DNA of 64,000 nt from Piromyces finnis finn (taxonomy: Eukaryota; Fungi; Neocallimastigomycota). The stretch lies in NCBI GenBank assembly GCA_002104945.1, contig MCFH01000001.1, positions 2,356,001-2,420,000 on the forward strand, read 5' to 3'. Shown here in pieces: positions 39,901 to 50,402 of this stretch. Under the pieces are notes generated by a model, which was not told where the DNA came from, did no database searches, and was given only the letters and a program-made list of their open reading frames with translations. Within the stretch, counting starts at the first letter, position 1. Every line of letters begins with the position of its first letter. Both the position numbers and the translations under genes were made by a program.

Positions 39901-41265
39901 AATTTTCTTGAAAATAAGAATCTCCCAGCTCCACATCCACAAAGTAATAAATTCTCCCTTAGTAATAGTTTTCTTCTTTTTGATAGTAGAATCTATGTCC
40001 CTTTAAAATGCCGTCCCTCCGTTTTGAAACTCTGTCATGATTCCCCCTCTGCCGGTCATTTTGGTATCCGCAAAACTATTTCTTTGATCTCTCGTGACTT
40101 TTGGTGGCCATCCATTTCTATTGATGTTAAGAATTATATCCGATCTTGCGAGATTTGTTGCCGCTCCAAGCCTTCTCGTCATAAACCATATGGTTTACTT
40201 CAACCCCTTGAGATTAGTGACCATCCTTGGGCTTCTATTTCTATGGATTTCATTACTGACCTCCCTCCTTCGGATGGATTTAACACTATTCTTGTTGTAG
40301 TTGACCGCCTTACTAAAATGTGCCACCTCATTCCCTTTAAAGGTATTCCTTCTGCTTCTGATACTGCTTTTGCTTTTTTGAATTATATTTTCAAAATTCA
40401 CGGTCTCCCCTCTGAAATTATTTCCGATAGAGGCGCGCAATTCACTTCGAAATTTTGGAAATCTATTTGTCAATCTTTGGACGTCAATGTTAAATATTCT
40501 TCACCATATCATCATCAATCCAATGGCCAAACGGAGAGGGTAAACTCCGTTGTTGAACAATATTTAAGATGCTTTTCTAATTATAAAGGAACAAACTGGA
40601 TCAACTTTCTTCCATTGGCAGAATTCAGTTACAATAATGCTGTTCAAGACTCAACAAAATTCTCACCATTCTTCCTAAATTATGGTTATCACCCAAAATA
40701 CTCTCCGGTAATTCCTGACCAAACGAATGTTCCAAGAGCTGAAGAGTTTACAAGAGACTTTGAAGACCTAATGGAGAAACTAAAAGAAAACTTAAAGAAG
40801 GCCATCCAAGTTCAAAAGAAATATGCCGACAAGTATAGACAAGAACCTCCGACATTCAAGACTGGTGACAAAGTATGGTTGGATAGCTCCTTGATAATTC
40901 ATAAAGGAAATAAAAAATTTAATCCTAGGAAACTTGGCCCGTTTAGGATAATTAGTAAAATCTCTAATCTCACTTATAAATTAGAATTACCAAAATCGCT
41001 GAAGATTTACCCAATTGTTCATGTTTCAAACCTAGAACCGTATTATGAAGATAGTTTTGGAAGAATCAAAGATCCACCTCCACCTATAATAGTAAATGAA
41101 GAAGAAGAATACGAAGTAGAAGAAATACTTGATAAAAGAAAGCATTATGGGAAGATTCAATATCTAATAAAATGGAAAGGTTATCCGCTTTCAGAAGCAT
41201 CTTGGGAACCTGAAAGTAATTTAAACTGCGATGAACTAATTAAAAACTTTAATAATTCACATTAG
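36901..41265 (+). CDS. gag-pol: Gag-Pol polyprotein (Gag-CCHC-PR-RT-RH-IN-chromodomain), 1454 aa
   Basis: CVYCGSPGHQLKDC, LIDSGST, YIDD, HHCC, SMDFITDLP/SDRGAQF/GQTERVN, GPF, and chromodomain YEVEEILDKR..YLIKWKGY..SWEPESNL. Confidence 0.97.
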   Translation: MEGQIFDNASLKDGFAGDRKYLKGFLAKIELVFLLYPERYQDEESKVIYLISRLYGNALNWAATLIDNHDPCLTNYQAFKERLKAFYGNNDAVYVANQMLRTLKQHRLGGIRGYILEFNKYSDESNWNEEAKMDAFIAGLNQEVAMKILEMFPGPRDLFSLQTIAARIDSRLATRGLFFDKNTKGPSSNSSNGSRKASTNLKEHPKKKRYFGPLSKEEKERRSKENLCVYCGSPGHQLKDCHKRRNKNSAFESLVSLQNNSTNSKKNQQDRVTSNFKLSFELDTKILIDSGSTLNLIDVDYCNDHNIPYHYEEDLPNVFGIGGSQKLFGVTPLLNLRYMDHLCRTVFYVTDLPVYPCILGLRWLKEHNPSIDFENNKLSFGSSYCLDHCMTLPSNVPEFHQETSVFSTDCNNSSSVSLPIFIDKPKSSFSNSKLSHSRNPKENRSKSVLINNESVNDPLSQETCTVMASNISLSKVDSCSPKNSFKDSNPTTKLPKELESYMDVFSESSAAQLPPHRPYDCQINLIENAKLFYGPIYPLTDEETRVLKDYIDENLKKGFIRKSKSPAGAPVLFVPKKNGELRLCQDYRELNKITIRDSYPLPLIQDMLEHLGKAKIFSKLDLRSAYNLVRIKKGDEYKTAFTCKFGHFEYLVMPFGLKNAPAVFQHFINDVLENILGIFVYSYIDDLIIFSENHKSHIKHVIEVLDRLRNAGLYAKLEKCEFFVSSIDFLGHRISSEGIHMDPNKVSAIINWPVPSSVKEVQSFIGLANYYRRFIPNFAKVAQPLHRLLRKNVKFDFSSEALDAFNTIKSLISSAPILSHPNRDLPFIVETESSNFAIGAVLSQKSPDDKMIHPVAFYSRSLTSAERNYPIYDKELLAIVNALETWRHFLKGALTPFTIYSDHRNLLYQKKPEKMSQRLVRWALFLSEFNFKILYRSGSSNGKPDALSRRPDYMDSSLPSDAPFSVLRPENFCALICSISSLNDEILSEYVNDSFYIDICNFLENKNLPAPHPQSNKFSLSNSFLLFDSRIYVPLKCRPSVLKLCHDSPSAGHFGIRKTISLISRDFWWPSISIDVKNYIRSCEICCRSKPSRHKPYGLLQPLEISDHPWASISMDFITDLPPSDGFNTILVVVDRLTKMCHLIPFKGIPSASDTAFAFLNYIFKIHGLPSEIISDRGAQFTSKFWKSICQSLDVNVKYSSPYHHQSNGQTERVNSVVEQYLRCFSNYKGTNWINFLPLAEFSYNNAVQDSTKFSPFFLNYGYHPKYSPVIPDQTNVPRAEEFTRDFEDLMEKLKENLKKAIQVQKKYADKYRQEPPTFKTGDKVWLDSSLIIHKGNKKFNPRKLGPFRIISKISNLTYKLELPKSLKIYPIVHVSNLEPYYEDSFGRIKDPPPPIIVNEEEEYEVEEILDKRKHYGKIQYLIKWKGYPLSEASWEPESNLNCDELIKNFNNSH

Positions 41266-41368
41266 TAATAGTTATTAATTTAAAAAAAAATTAGTAATTG
41301 ATAAGAGAAAAAGAGAATAGAAAATAGAAAATAGAAAATGAAAAAATATATTTATAATTTAATATTCA

Positions 41369-41414
<46 letters not shown>

Positions 41415-41500
41415 TTCAAAATGTATTCACTCGTTTCAATTATTTCTTTTATAATAAAGTAACAAATAAATTTAGTTGATTCGTCTGGTATCCGAATCCT

Positions 41501-41512
41501 GGAGGAGGACCA
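41501..41512 (+). other. Polypurine tract of inner element
   Basis: GGAGGAGGACCA immediately precedes the 3' LTR. Confidence 0.85.
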
Positions 41513-41920
41513 TGTAACGAATCATAGAAATTAGTAACCTGTCTTAGTGGTTAGTAACTAAGACCTTGGTTTGAACTACTCGAGTTCGAAACCTCATTAA
41601 TATCTTTTTTTTAATTATTAAAATATTTTATAACGAAATTTTACCAAAGAAGATAATTTCTGATTGGCTTAAAAAATTAAGTTGTAAAATTTTATAAATT
41701 TACTTTTAAAAACATTTATATAAATACGAGTGAAATTTCTCAAAAAATTATTTTGAATTCGAGTTTTTATTAACAAAGAAATTTTATAATAAAAATAAAA
41801 TTATTAAACACTAACCTGTTATAATTTTGTTAAGTGTTCAATAATAAAATTTTTATTTGCTTTTATTATTTTCCTTTTTATATATTTGTGTTTTTATTTA
41901 TTGAACATTAGTTCTTTACA
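41513..41920 (+). repeat. 3' LTR of inner element
   Basis: Direct repeat of 35790-36198. Confidence 0.96.
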
Positions 41921-43449
41921 CCCTCAACAAGTTCAATGTGGTGTGACCGGAGTTTTGAACGTTGGAGATCATCAGTGGAACAAGCAATAACATCACGAAA
42001 AGAAAATAAAAGACTTTGAAAATCATCTACAACAATCGGTTCTTCAGACTTATATGAAGGAATAAGATTATGTAATTCCTCAACTTTACCTAGAATTAAA
42101 TCCTCCTTATTAAGAATAGGCTCGTTCTTGAGAGCAGCTACAATTGGTTTCCTATCAGAAGAGGGAAATAAGTAACAGTAATAGCACAAAGGGTTAAAAG
42201 AATTAATATCAATAATAGGAGTGAGAGGTTCCAGAGTACCTTGACGTGTCTTAACACAAACAGTTTTATCGACTGCATCAACAATAATCCGTTGATCATG
42301 TTGAACTTTCAAACCAATCAGAGCATCATAAAATACGTCGTCATTATCGCAAATGCGGAATAGGACCGGAAAGGTAAGAGAACCAATACACACGTTGAGT
42401 TCAACCAAATCAAAGGTACGAAGGTTATCATCAGCCATAGCCTGTTGAATTTTGCTGTATACTTGGCCTTCAATTTTGAAATCGTTTATATTATCTAACA
42501 AGAATTTCCTCGAAACCAAGTTAATATTACTGCAGGAATCAACTAAAAGAAAAGCCTTATGTCCATTCAGTAAGGCATGAACTACGGCAATGTCGTGGTC
42601 TTTTACGGCACCCGACACATAGTCGTGATGAGGATTATTAACGACTTGTAGTTCCAGCGGCTTATTATCCTGTTCGACCATACCCATGACAATAGAGCTA
42701 GAGGGAACACGTTCCTTCTTTAAGTTGTTGGCAAGATCCATACGAGATTGGTTGGATAATTCCAAGAGTTGGGCGAAAGTCACATTAGCCTTAGTATTTT
42801 TCAAGTCTTCGCAGATATCATATCTATTTGTCCCTTGAGATAACTTCATGACTTGTATAGTTTTCTCTTTTGGGCCTAAGGGCTGTACAAGTGCGCTTCC
42901 GATATTAGGAGAGGAAGTAATAGGACTTTTACTTTTCTTTTCACTTTTCGGCTTGGAAACATTTTTAAAAGATACAGATTTAACATGGCTCTCGGACTTA
43001 CGGACATCTGGAGGTGCCTGAGTTTGTTCAAAATCCATTTCAACACTACTTACGTTTGGGAACGAGGGGGATTCGAACGCATGACCTGGGGACTGGGGGT
43101 TCGAGACAGTGCCCGCTGTACCATTGTGGTTATTTTTCTGAAAATTTTTTGAAGAGGGAAGATTCACCTGGGGGTGTGCCTGAGATGGTTGTGAGCTCAC
43201 CGGAGATGTAGGAGGAGTAGTAGTATCAGAATTCGAGGAGGTGAGCGAGTTGCGTCTCTTCGTTTGAGCTGATTCCTCCTCATCTGTAGGGTCTAATTTC
43301 CTTTTAGCTACAGCAATTATATCCTTTTTGACCGTAGATTCCGATGGTGAGTGACCCATTTGGTTACTGGAGGTGGATCGACCTCCATTTAGTGATTTAA
43401 ACGACCACAGTCTTTTTGGAGGTGTCCTGGTTGATGGCAGCGATAACAC
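41921..43449 (-). CDS. pol: Outer pol, proximal part (S/P-rich spacer + aspartic protease)
   Basis: TFAQLL motif, LLVDSCSNINL and DALIG. It ends HHIELVEG at the TSD and continues in frame as AKPIK.. at 35784 once the insert is removed. Confidence 0.9.
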
Positions 43450-44336
43450 ACTTTTTGGGAAAAGTTACCAGACGCATGAGGGGTATTCCTAGGCTGAGTG
43501 TAAGATGAATTATACCTGTTTTGATACTGATTTGGAGGATTATAAGCAGGATAAGGAGTGTAATATTCAGATTGATGATAAGTGGCATAACCATCACCCA
43601 TTGGTGCAGGAGGCCTGTTGTTGAAATAAGGATCTGAGTAACTAGGTCCAGGAGCTTGGACAGGAGCAACCGGTGTTGAAGGATAATTGTAACTGGAATT
43701 ATTGGAATATCCATAAGAATAAGGGTTAGGATTGGAGTAATGACTATCCATCGGACGATACTGTGGTGTATAAGCACCATGAGGATTATAACCAGGAGTA
43801 AAGCTACTGGAATAAGAGGCGTATTCTTTCCAGTATTCGTGGTTCTTTGCAGTTTGGCAAGCCTCATCAATAGTTGCGGGCTCGCGAATGGTGAGGGCAT
43901 GTTGTAATTCTGGACGACTACGGATAGCATGCATATAGTCGTACACAGAAACTCTGGGGCGATATTCCGCATCCAAAGAATGGTAAAGGTCCAAAAACCT
44001 ATTATTGAATTCATCCACTGTTTCTCCAGGACGAATAACCATAATCTTTAATCGGCGAAAACCATCCTGTTTGTTGTTCCAATAGGCTAACCTATTCCTA
44101 ATTGATGGCATACATTCATCCAAAGAGGGTGGCCTGTTCCACATGCGTTCAAACCTAATTAGTTCATCAACAATTTCTGGGAAATCGATACAACCGACAA
44201 TGGTATCGAACTTTTCATTCTCATCAACAATGCCTTCTCTAGAAAACCATGCTTCCATCTGACGTTTCCACACATCTTCGTTGCAATGGGTTTTGTCCAA
44301 GATAGGAAGTCTATAATACGAAGATCTATTAGCCAT
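43389..44336 (-). CDS. gag: Outer Gag with CCHC zinc knuckle
   Basis: Retrotrans_gag-like core (RPGETVDEFNNRF), Y/P/N/S-rich linker, CYRCHQPGHLQKDC. Confidence 0.9.
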   Translation of the reverse strand: MANRSSYYRLPILDKTHCNEDVWKRQMEAWFSREGIVDENEKFDTIVGCIDFPEIVDELIRFERMWNRPPSLDECMPSIRNRLAYWNNKQDGFRRLKIMVIRPGETVDEFNNRFLDLYHSLDAEYRPRVSVYDYMHAIRSRPELQHALTIREPATIDEACQTAKNHEYWKEYASYSSSFTPGYNPHGAYTPQYRPMDSHYSNPNPYSYGYSNNSSYNYPSTPVAPVQAPGPSYSDPYFNNRPPAPMGDGYATYHQSEYYTPYPAYNPPNQYQNRYNSSYTQPRNTPHASGNFSQKVCYRCHQPGHLQKDCGRLNH

Positions 44337-44384
44337 AGCAAAAATTTACTGAAATTTAAAGGGTTAGGTATTAATGAGTAAACA

Positions 44385-44430
<46 letters not shown>

Positions 44431-44848
44431 ATTTAACTGAAAATAATATAACAAACTAATTATTTAATATATTTTATTTATCAAGTTTAGTTTTCGACCT
44501 CCACTTCGGGCCCTCACTAATAAATACTTTATTCTAACAGTGGGTTAGAATGGTGATATTTCTTTAATAGCTGCCGGAAGCGCTCTACTCTCCTAATGAA
44601 TATTTAAGAACTGATATGGTAGTTACCAACTCTTAAATAACCTCAATAAATAACTGGAGTAAATATACTAAACTTTAATAATTTATACGCAAGCGTTGTA
44701 GCTGTCTAGTATAAACTACTTAATTATATTATATTATTAAAAGAATAACAACTTTTTATATCCTTTTCTACTTCTAAGTAGTAAAGGAGGAAAATAACAA
44801 TAAAACTTGTTTTAAAAATCGAAAAAAAAAAAAAACACTATTCTTTCT

Positions 44849-44867
44849 ATACCCGATATCTCCACCA
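44849..44867 (-). other. Primer-binding site complementary to tRNA-Ala 3' end
   Basis: Minus strand TGGTGGAGATATCGGGTAT lies 3 nt after the LTR end. The implied tRNA end has A73, C72, C71 and U70, matching the Ala G3:U70 identity element. Confidence 0.85.
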
Positions 44868-44870
44868 AGT

Positions 44871-45289
44871 TGATACGGGTTAATTTTATGTAGAAAGAAT
44901 TAAACTTTAATTAATATATATTTTATTAATAATTTTATTTATAACGTTCCAATATTTCTATTCTGTCTAAATACTAAAACGTTCTGTCGTTGTCAAATAT
45001 TAAAATTCTAACTAAAACAAGAAGCCCTTTTTAATAATATTTATTCTAGTCTATTTATACTAATGAGGCTTACTTAATAATTAATTGTCCAATTATAAGG
45101 CTGGAACTATATGGATCATTCATTTACAATACTCTTTTACATTACAAAATATTACATTTGTCGTACATTTACATTATATTCTTATACATTGTAGAAATAA
45201 TTAATATTATAATAAATCTATATAAATTTAATATTAGGAAAAATTACTAATATAATAATATGTTCAAGTCACATATTATTTTTATATCA
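44871..45289 (-). repeat. 5' LTR of outer element
   Basis: Direct repeat of 32202-32620. Confidence 0.96.
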
Positions 45290-45615
45290 ATTGCATGAAA
45301 AGTAAAAAGAAAAAATAATATTAATAGTTATAATCTAGTATTTATTTCAGTGATGTATAAATTGTAAATTTTACTTATTTTGATTTAAAATTTAATTTTT
45401 TTTCTGATTAATTAAAATGTTTAATACTTTCCTATATAAAGATCAATTTTAATTTATCAATTAACTAATTAATATATTAAAATTATATTAAAATTTGGTT
45501 TTAATATCATAATATACTTTAACTTTTACATTATGCTTTTGATATTTAAACTTCTGAATATTAGTACTTTTCATTTTATCTTATTTTATTTTTTATCAAA
45601 AAAAAAAAGGTAAAA

Positions 45616-48427
45616 ATGAGTAAATTAATTACTATTCTATTATTTTTTGGTAAATATTTTTTAATTAATTTATATATAAATATTTCAATATATTTAATTT
45701 TCAATATATTATTTTTCATTATATTTTATATTAAAAAATACTAGTTTACGTATTTAGTGTTTCAGCATTAAATACCTTTATCGAAAATGGACAGCGTCCT
45801 GAATTATTTGAATTAACAGACAATGAAATTGTCACTTTTAAAATTACTATACCCGATGAAGAATTTACATTGTTAAAAGAAAAAGCAAATGTTCAAGGTT
45901 TAACACCACCAATTTCAAACTTTACTCTTGAAATGGAACTTGGAAAACAAAGTTATCGTGTATATTTTGAAGAAATGCTTAATCAAAATTTCACAAAATT
46001 ATTTCCAAATATTGATGTAAATGCTGAATTTCCTGGTTTTTTCATTGGTTCAGATGGATATGCTAATATAGATAAAATTATGGAAAATCTTGATTTTGAT
46101 CCAAAAAATTATAAAAATTTTGATTTTGTATGGGGAAATCTTGGATATCAAATATTAGCACTTGGAAAGTATGATTATGTACAATTATTAGTAAAATATT
46201 TAGGAATGCTAGAAAATTTGAATACAGTAGATAAGGAAACTTTAAAATCAACTGAAACTCTAGCTACTAAAATTATTGAATCAACAAAAGTTAAACAAGA
46301 TACCGAAATAAAATCAATTGAAAATAATTTAATAGAATCAATAATTAGTAAATCAAAAGTAAATTCAATGAAAACTATAGCTAATAATGATATTTCTCAA
46401 AAATCAACTAAAAACTTAGCCTCTAAGATTATTAAATCAACAAAAGTTCAACAAGATAAATCATTCGGTAATAAAATCTTAGAATCAAAACCAAATAAGG
46501 AAGTTAATTCAATGAAAACTATAGTTAATGAGACACCTGTAAAATCAACTAAAATCTTAGCCTCTAAGATTATTGAATCAACAAAAGTTGAAGATAACGA
46601 AATAAAATTAGATGATGATAATATTATGGAATCTACAAATAGTCAACAAAATACTAATGATGAATCTACTCAATAAGGTATAGATTTATTATTGTTTAAA
46701 TATATAATTTTTTGAATATTCAAAATATATTCAATTTAATGGAAATATAATTCTAATTTAATAATTAATTTTTTAATTTAATTAATCCAAATTAAAAGAA
46801 AATCAAAATCAAGAAGATATGTCAACAGTAATTGAAACAAATGATTTTAAAACTAAAAATGGAAAACTAACAGTTGATATTGCAGGGTAAATTATGATAA
46901 TTAAATAGTAATAATTAAAATATTGTCATATAATGATGATGTTTAAATAAGAGCAATTAAATAATGTTATTTTCAATTTAATTTATAATATTATAAAGGA
47001 TTTTTATAATAATATTTTAATAAATATTTATATTTCTTTTTTTTTTTTTTAACTAAAATAAAATAAATAGAATTCAAAAAAGTTTTGATGAAATTACTTT
47101 TTCTTTAAGTGGTCAATATTCTCGCTCTCTTGTTAAACCAAATTTCAATATAAAAATAAGAGGAAAGAAGGATTTATTCGGAAGTTCTCAATTAAAGCTT
47201 CGTTCTGATTTAACTGAACCAACTTTCTTAAGATCAAAATTAACTTCTGATATTCATAAAAAACTAGGTATTGCTGGAATTTCAGCTAATTATGCTACTT
47301 TATATATTAATGGAGAATATATGGGATTATTTGTATTAACCGATGCTTACAAATTATCATGGATAAAACAAGTCTATGGAGAAAAAGACACCAAATTCTT
47401 ATATAAATGTAACGGAGTGGCTTATCTTGATGTTGGAAGTGTTGATAAATGCACAAATGAAAATGATGAAGATGATGTCACTGAATCAAACTTGGAATGG
47501 GCAGACTTTTTAGTTGCTATGACTAATGCTCAATCTGCTGAAGATATTGAAGACATATTTGAAGTCGATCATTTTATTAAAGAAATGGCCATTGAATATT
47601 TATTAGGATCATGGGATCATATTCAATTAGGTCATAATTACTATTTATATAAGCAACCAAATGGTAAATGGATCTATTTAACTTATGACCATGATCATAC
47701 TTTTGGTATTAATCTTGATAGAATATTTATTGGTTATTTCTTTGTAGATTTACCAGAAAGAAATGTAATGAAAGATTATCCAAACTTTTCATTTTCAGAT
47801 TGGACTCAAAAGCATCAAATTATTCAAAAATTAATATTAAATGATCCAGCTCGCTTCAATCAAGCATTAAAAGAAATTGTTTCAGAAGTATTCAATCCAG
47901 CTATTCTTTTCCCACGTATTGATGAATTAAAAGAATTCATTAGATCCTATGCCGAAAAAGATTATACAGCTGACGAAGAAGGAAAGTATCCAGGTAGAAT
48001 TAATGCTCTTGGTATTAATCCATATACATTTGAACATTGGGAAGCTAATTCCGAATTTACATCAGTTACCACTCTTCAATACAATGCCTATGGTATTAAA
48101 TATTGGATTCTTTCTAAATATCGTAATGTATGTAAAACTTATGATTTAGAATGTGATCCACTTTATCTTGATGAAAACTATGAATTTTCAATTGATGAAA
48201 ATGTTCAATTTACTGGATATGATTTTTCTTCCTATCAAGCACCAGTTGAATATAATCCAACTACAGCCACCACCACATTAATAGAAACAGAACCAACACC
48301 AAGTATTACTATTACTGAATCAAGTTCTATTGAAAATGAATCACCAACATCTGAATCTAATAATGAAATTGAAACCGAAAATGATAAGGACTCTAGAACT
48401 GATTATGAAACTGAAAACATCTATTAG
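45616..48427 (+). pseudogene. cotH: CotH kinase copy A (4 exons, no dockerin) with premature TAA at 46674-46676
   Basis: Signal peptide MSKLITILLFF/VYVFSVSA and canonical introns. Exon 2 ends CAA TAA G|GT where copy B has CAA CAA G|GT. The kinase exon is otherwise intact. Confidence 0.8.
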
Positions 48428-50402
48428 TTTTCGATTCAATAATAAAGAATATAGATGCCTATTTATAGCATTATTACCTTTTCTTTTATTCAGCTTTTAA
48501 GCGTGATAAAACGTATGATATAATAAAATATATGTATCTATAAAAAGATATTTATATGAATTAACATATTATATAGTATTTTCTATACCGATTACTACTA
48601 ATAAACGTTATTATATTATTTCTTTTTATACCAACTTTTCCATTTATTATATAAAAAAATTAAATAAAATTATACAAATATGAAATAATATGAAATTATA
48701 TAATTATTTTATTTTTATATTTATGGCGTGAATGCACATAACTAAAGATATTTCACTTTTAAAATATCAATTAATATTTTAATAATTAAAACTTTGATAA
48801 GTTATAAGGATCATTTATAAAAAAATTATGAGATTTTATATATTAGTATTCAAATATTATTGTATTAATAATAATCTTTATTACCCTTTTGTTGTTGAAG
48901 ATTAGTTTAATAATTGATAGAGCCTTATATATTTTCTTTTAATTATTCACCTATATACTTCATTATAACATTATGAAGTATATAGTTGAAATTCTTTATT
49001 ATTAATATTATTATTAACATTAATGTTGTTGTTATTAATTATTAAATAAGAATTTATATATTATATTTTAAAAAGAATTATAAATTTTAATGAATAACTT
49101 TTTTTAAATATTTCTTAATATATCAAATTAGATATATTAATGTATAGAATAATAGTATAAATGTTGAGATGTGAAAAACACATCTCAACATTTATCCTTG
49201 TTGTGGTAATATTAATAGTGTTTCTAGTTTTACTCATTGAATGTTATCGTGCTCTAAATTTGACGAATATAGATACCAGTTTATTCTTTTTTATGTATGA
49301 TATATTCATTAATTTTTCATTAATTTTTCACGAAAAAACGTTGGATATTTCGAATGAGTCTTATAATGTATTTTAAAGAAAATCCTAGCTTTAAGTGTTG
49401 TGTATCTTTCTCAGCGGAAATACAATAATTGATATTTTACACATTAATAATATTTTTTAATCTCCTTTCCAGTATAATTATTCTTTCCTTGTTGTGAGAT
49501 TTTTAGAACTCCTTACTAATATTATGCTTATTATGATTTATGATTTGTTACACAATGATCGATTTAAATAGTACAGCATAACTGTTGCTAAGAGCTCCTT
49601 CCAAAGAATATGACAAAGAAGAGATTCTAATACAAAATCGAATGATAATAATAATTCACATGGAATTATCACCGAGGAATGAGAAGAGTTAGAGTTCCTT
49701 TTGTCTTCCTTTCTCACTAATATATTTTTATTTTTAATGTATTTTAATTTAATTAAATTATTAATAAATAAAATTACATAGTACTAAAATCTAAAAATCA
49801 AATTTAAATCATAGATAAAAATGTATTTTCATTTATATTTAATATTATTTTAATAATATTTAATAAAAAGAATTTTAATAGGTAAATAAAAAAATTAATT
49901 TTACCTCCTAAAAAATTTATAAACATAATTTTTCCTAATCTTAAAATTTTAATTATTATATTTTCTCTCTTTTTTTTTTTTTGTGAAACCAGAAAATTAA
50001 TTTAAATAAATTAATATGTTTTATAATTTTAAAATTTCAAAAGTATAATTATATCTTATTCTATAAGCCACAATAAATATGAACTACTTAGTTAATTTTA
50101 ATATTTAAATAATATTAATTTGTTTAAATTTAAGAAGCCGTAAATAGGATAATAATATTAATAATTTTATTTAACTTTATTTTTTTTTTTTTTATAAATA
50201 TATAAATATAAAATTTTTAGTTTTTTTAAAAAAAAAAATCAAACATAAAAATAAAAAAAAAAAAAAAATTAAAACAAAAATTAAAAAAAAAAAAAAAAAT
50301 AAAATTAAATAAAATAAAAGAATATAAAAATTAAAAAAAATTAAAATAAATCATTCTAAATATTAAAATTAGTAAGCGCAGTATAAAAAAAATAAATACT
50401 AA

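Larger units (their letters stand above)
35790..41920 (+). mobile_element. Inner chromovirus-type (Tf1/Sushi-like) Ty3/Gypsy element
   Basis: LTRs TGTAA...TTACA of 409 and 408 bp differing by one T in a run; 5-bp TSD CCCTC (35785-35789 / 41921-41925); single gag-pol ORF. Confidence 0.97.
32202..45289 (-). mobile_element. Outer Ty3/Gypsy LTR retrotransposon (non-chromoviral), interrupted by a nested element
   Basis: 419-bp LTRs (TGATA...TATCA) that look identical by eye; 4-bp TSD ATTG (32198-32201 / 45290-45293); PBS, PPT, gag and pol on the minus strand. Confidence 0.96.

Noticed and set aside
43397-44341. 205-aa and 60-aa ORFs overlapping gag; other small ORFs inside both retroelements
   Set aside because: Off-frame or antisense by-products of the higher-GC coding sequence, with no motifs.
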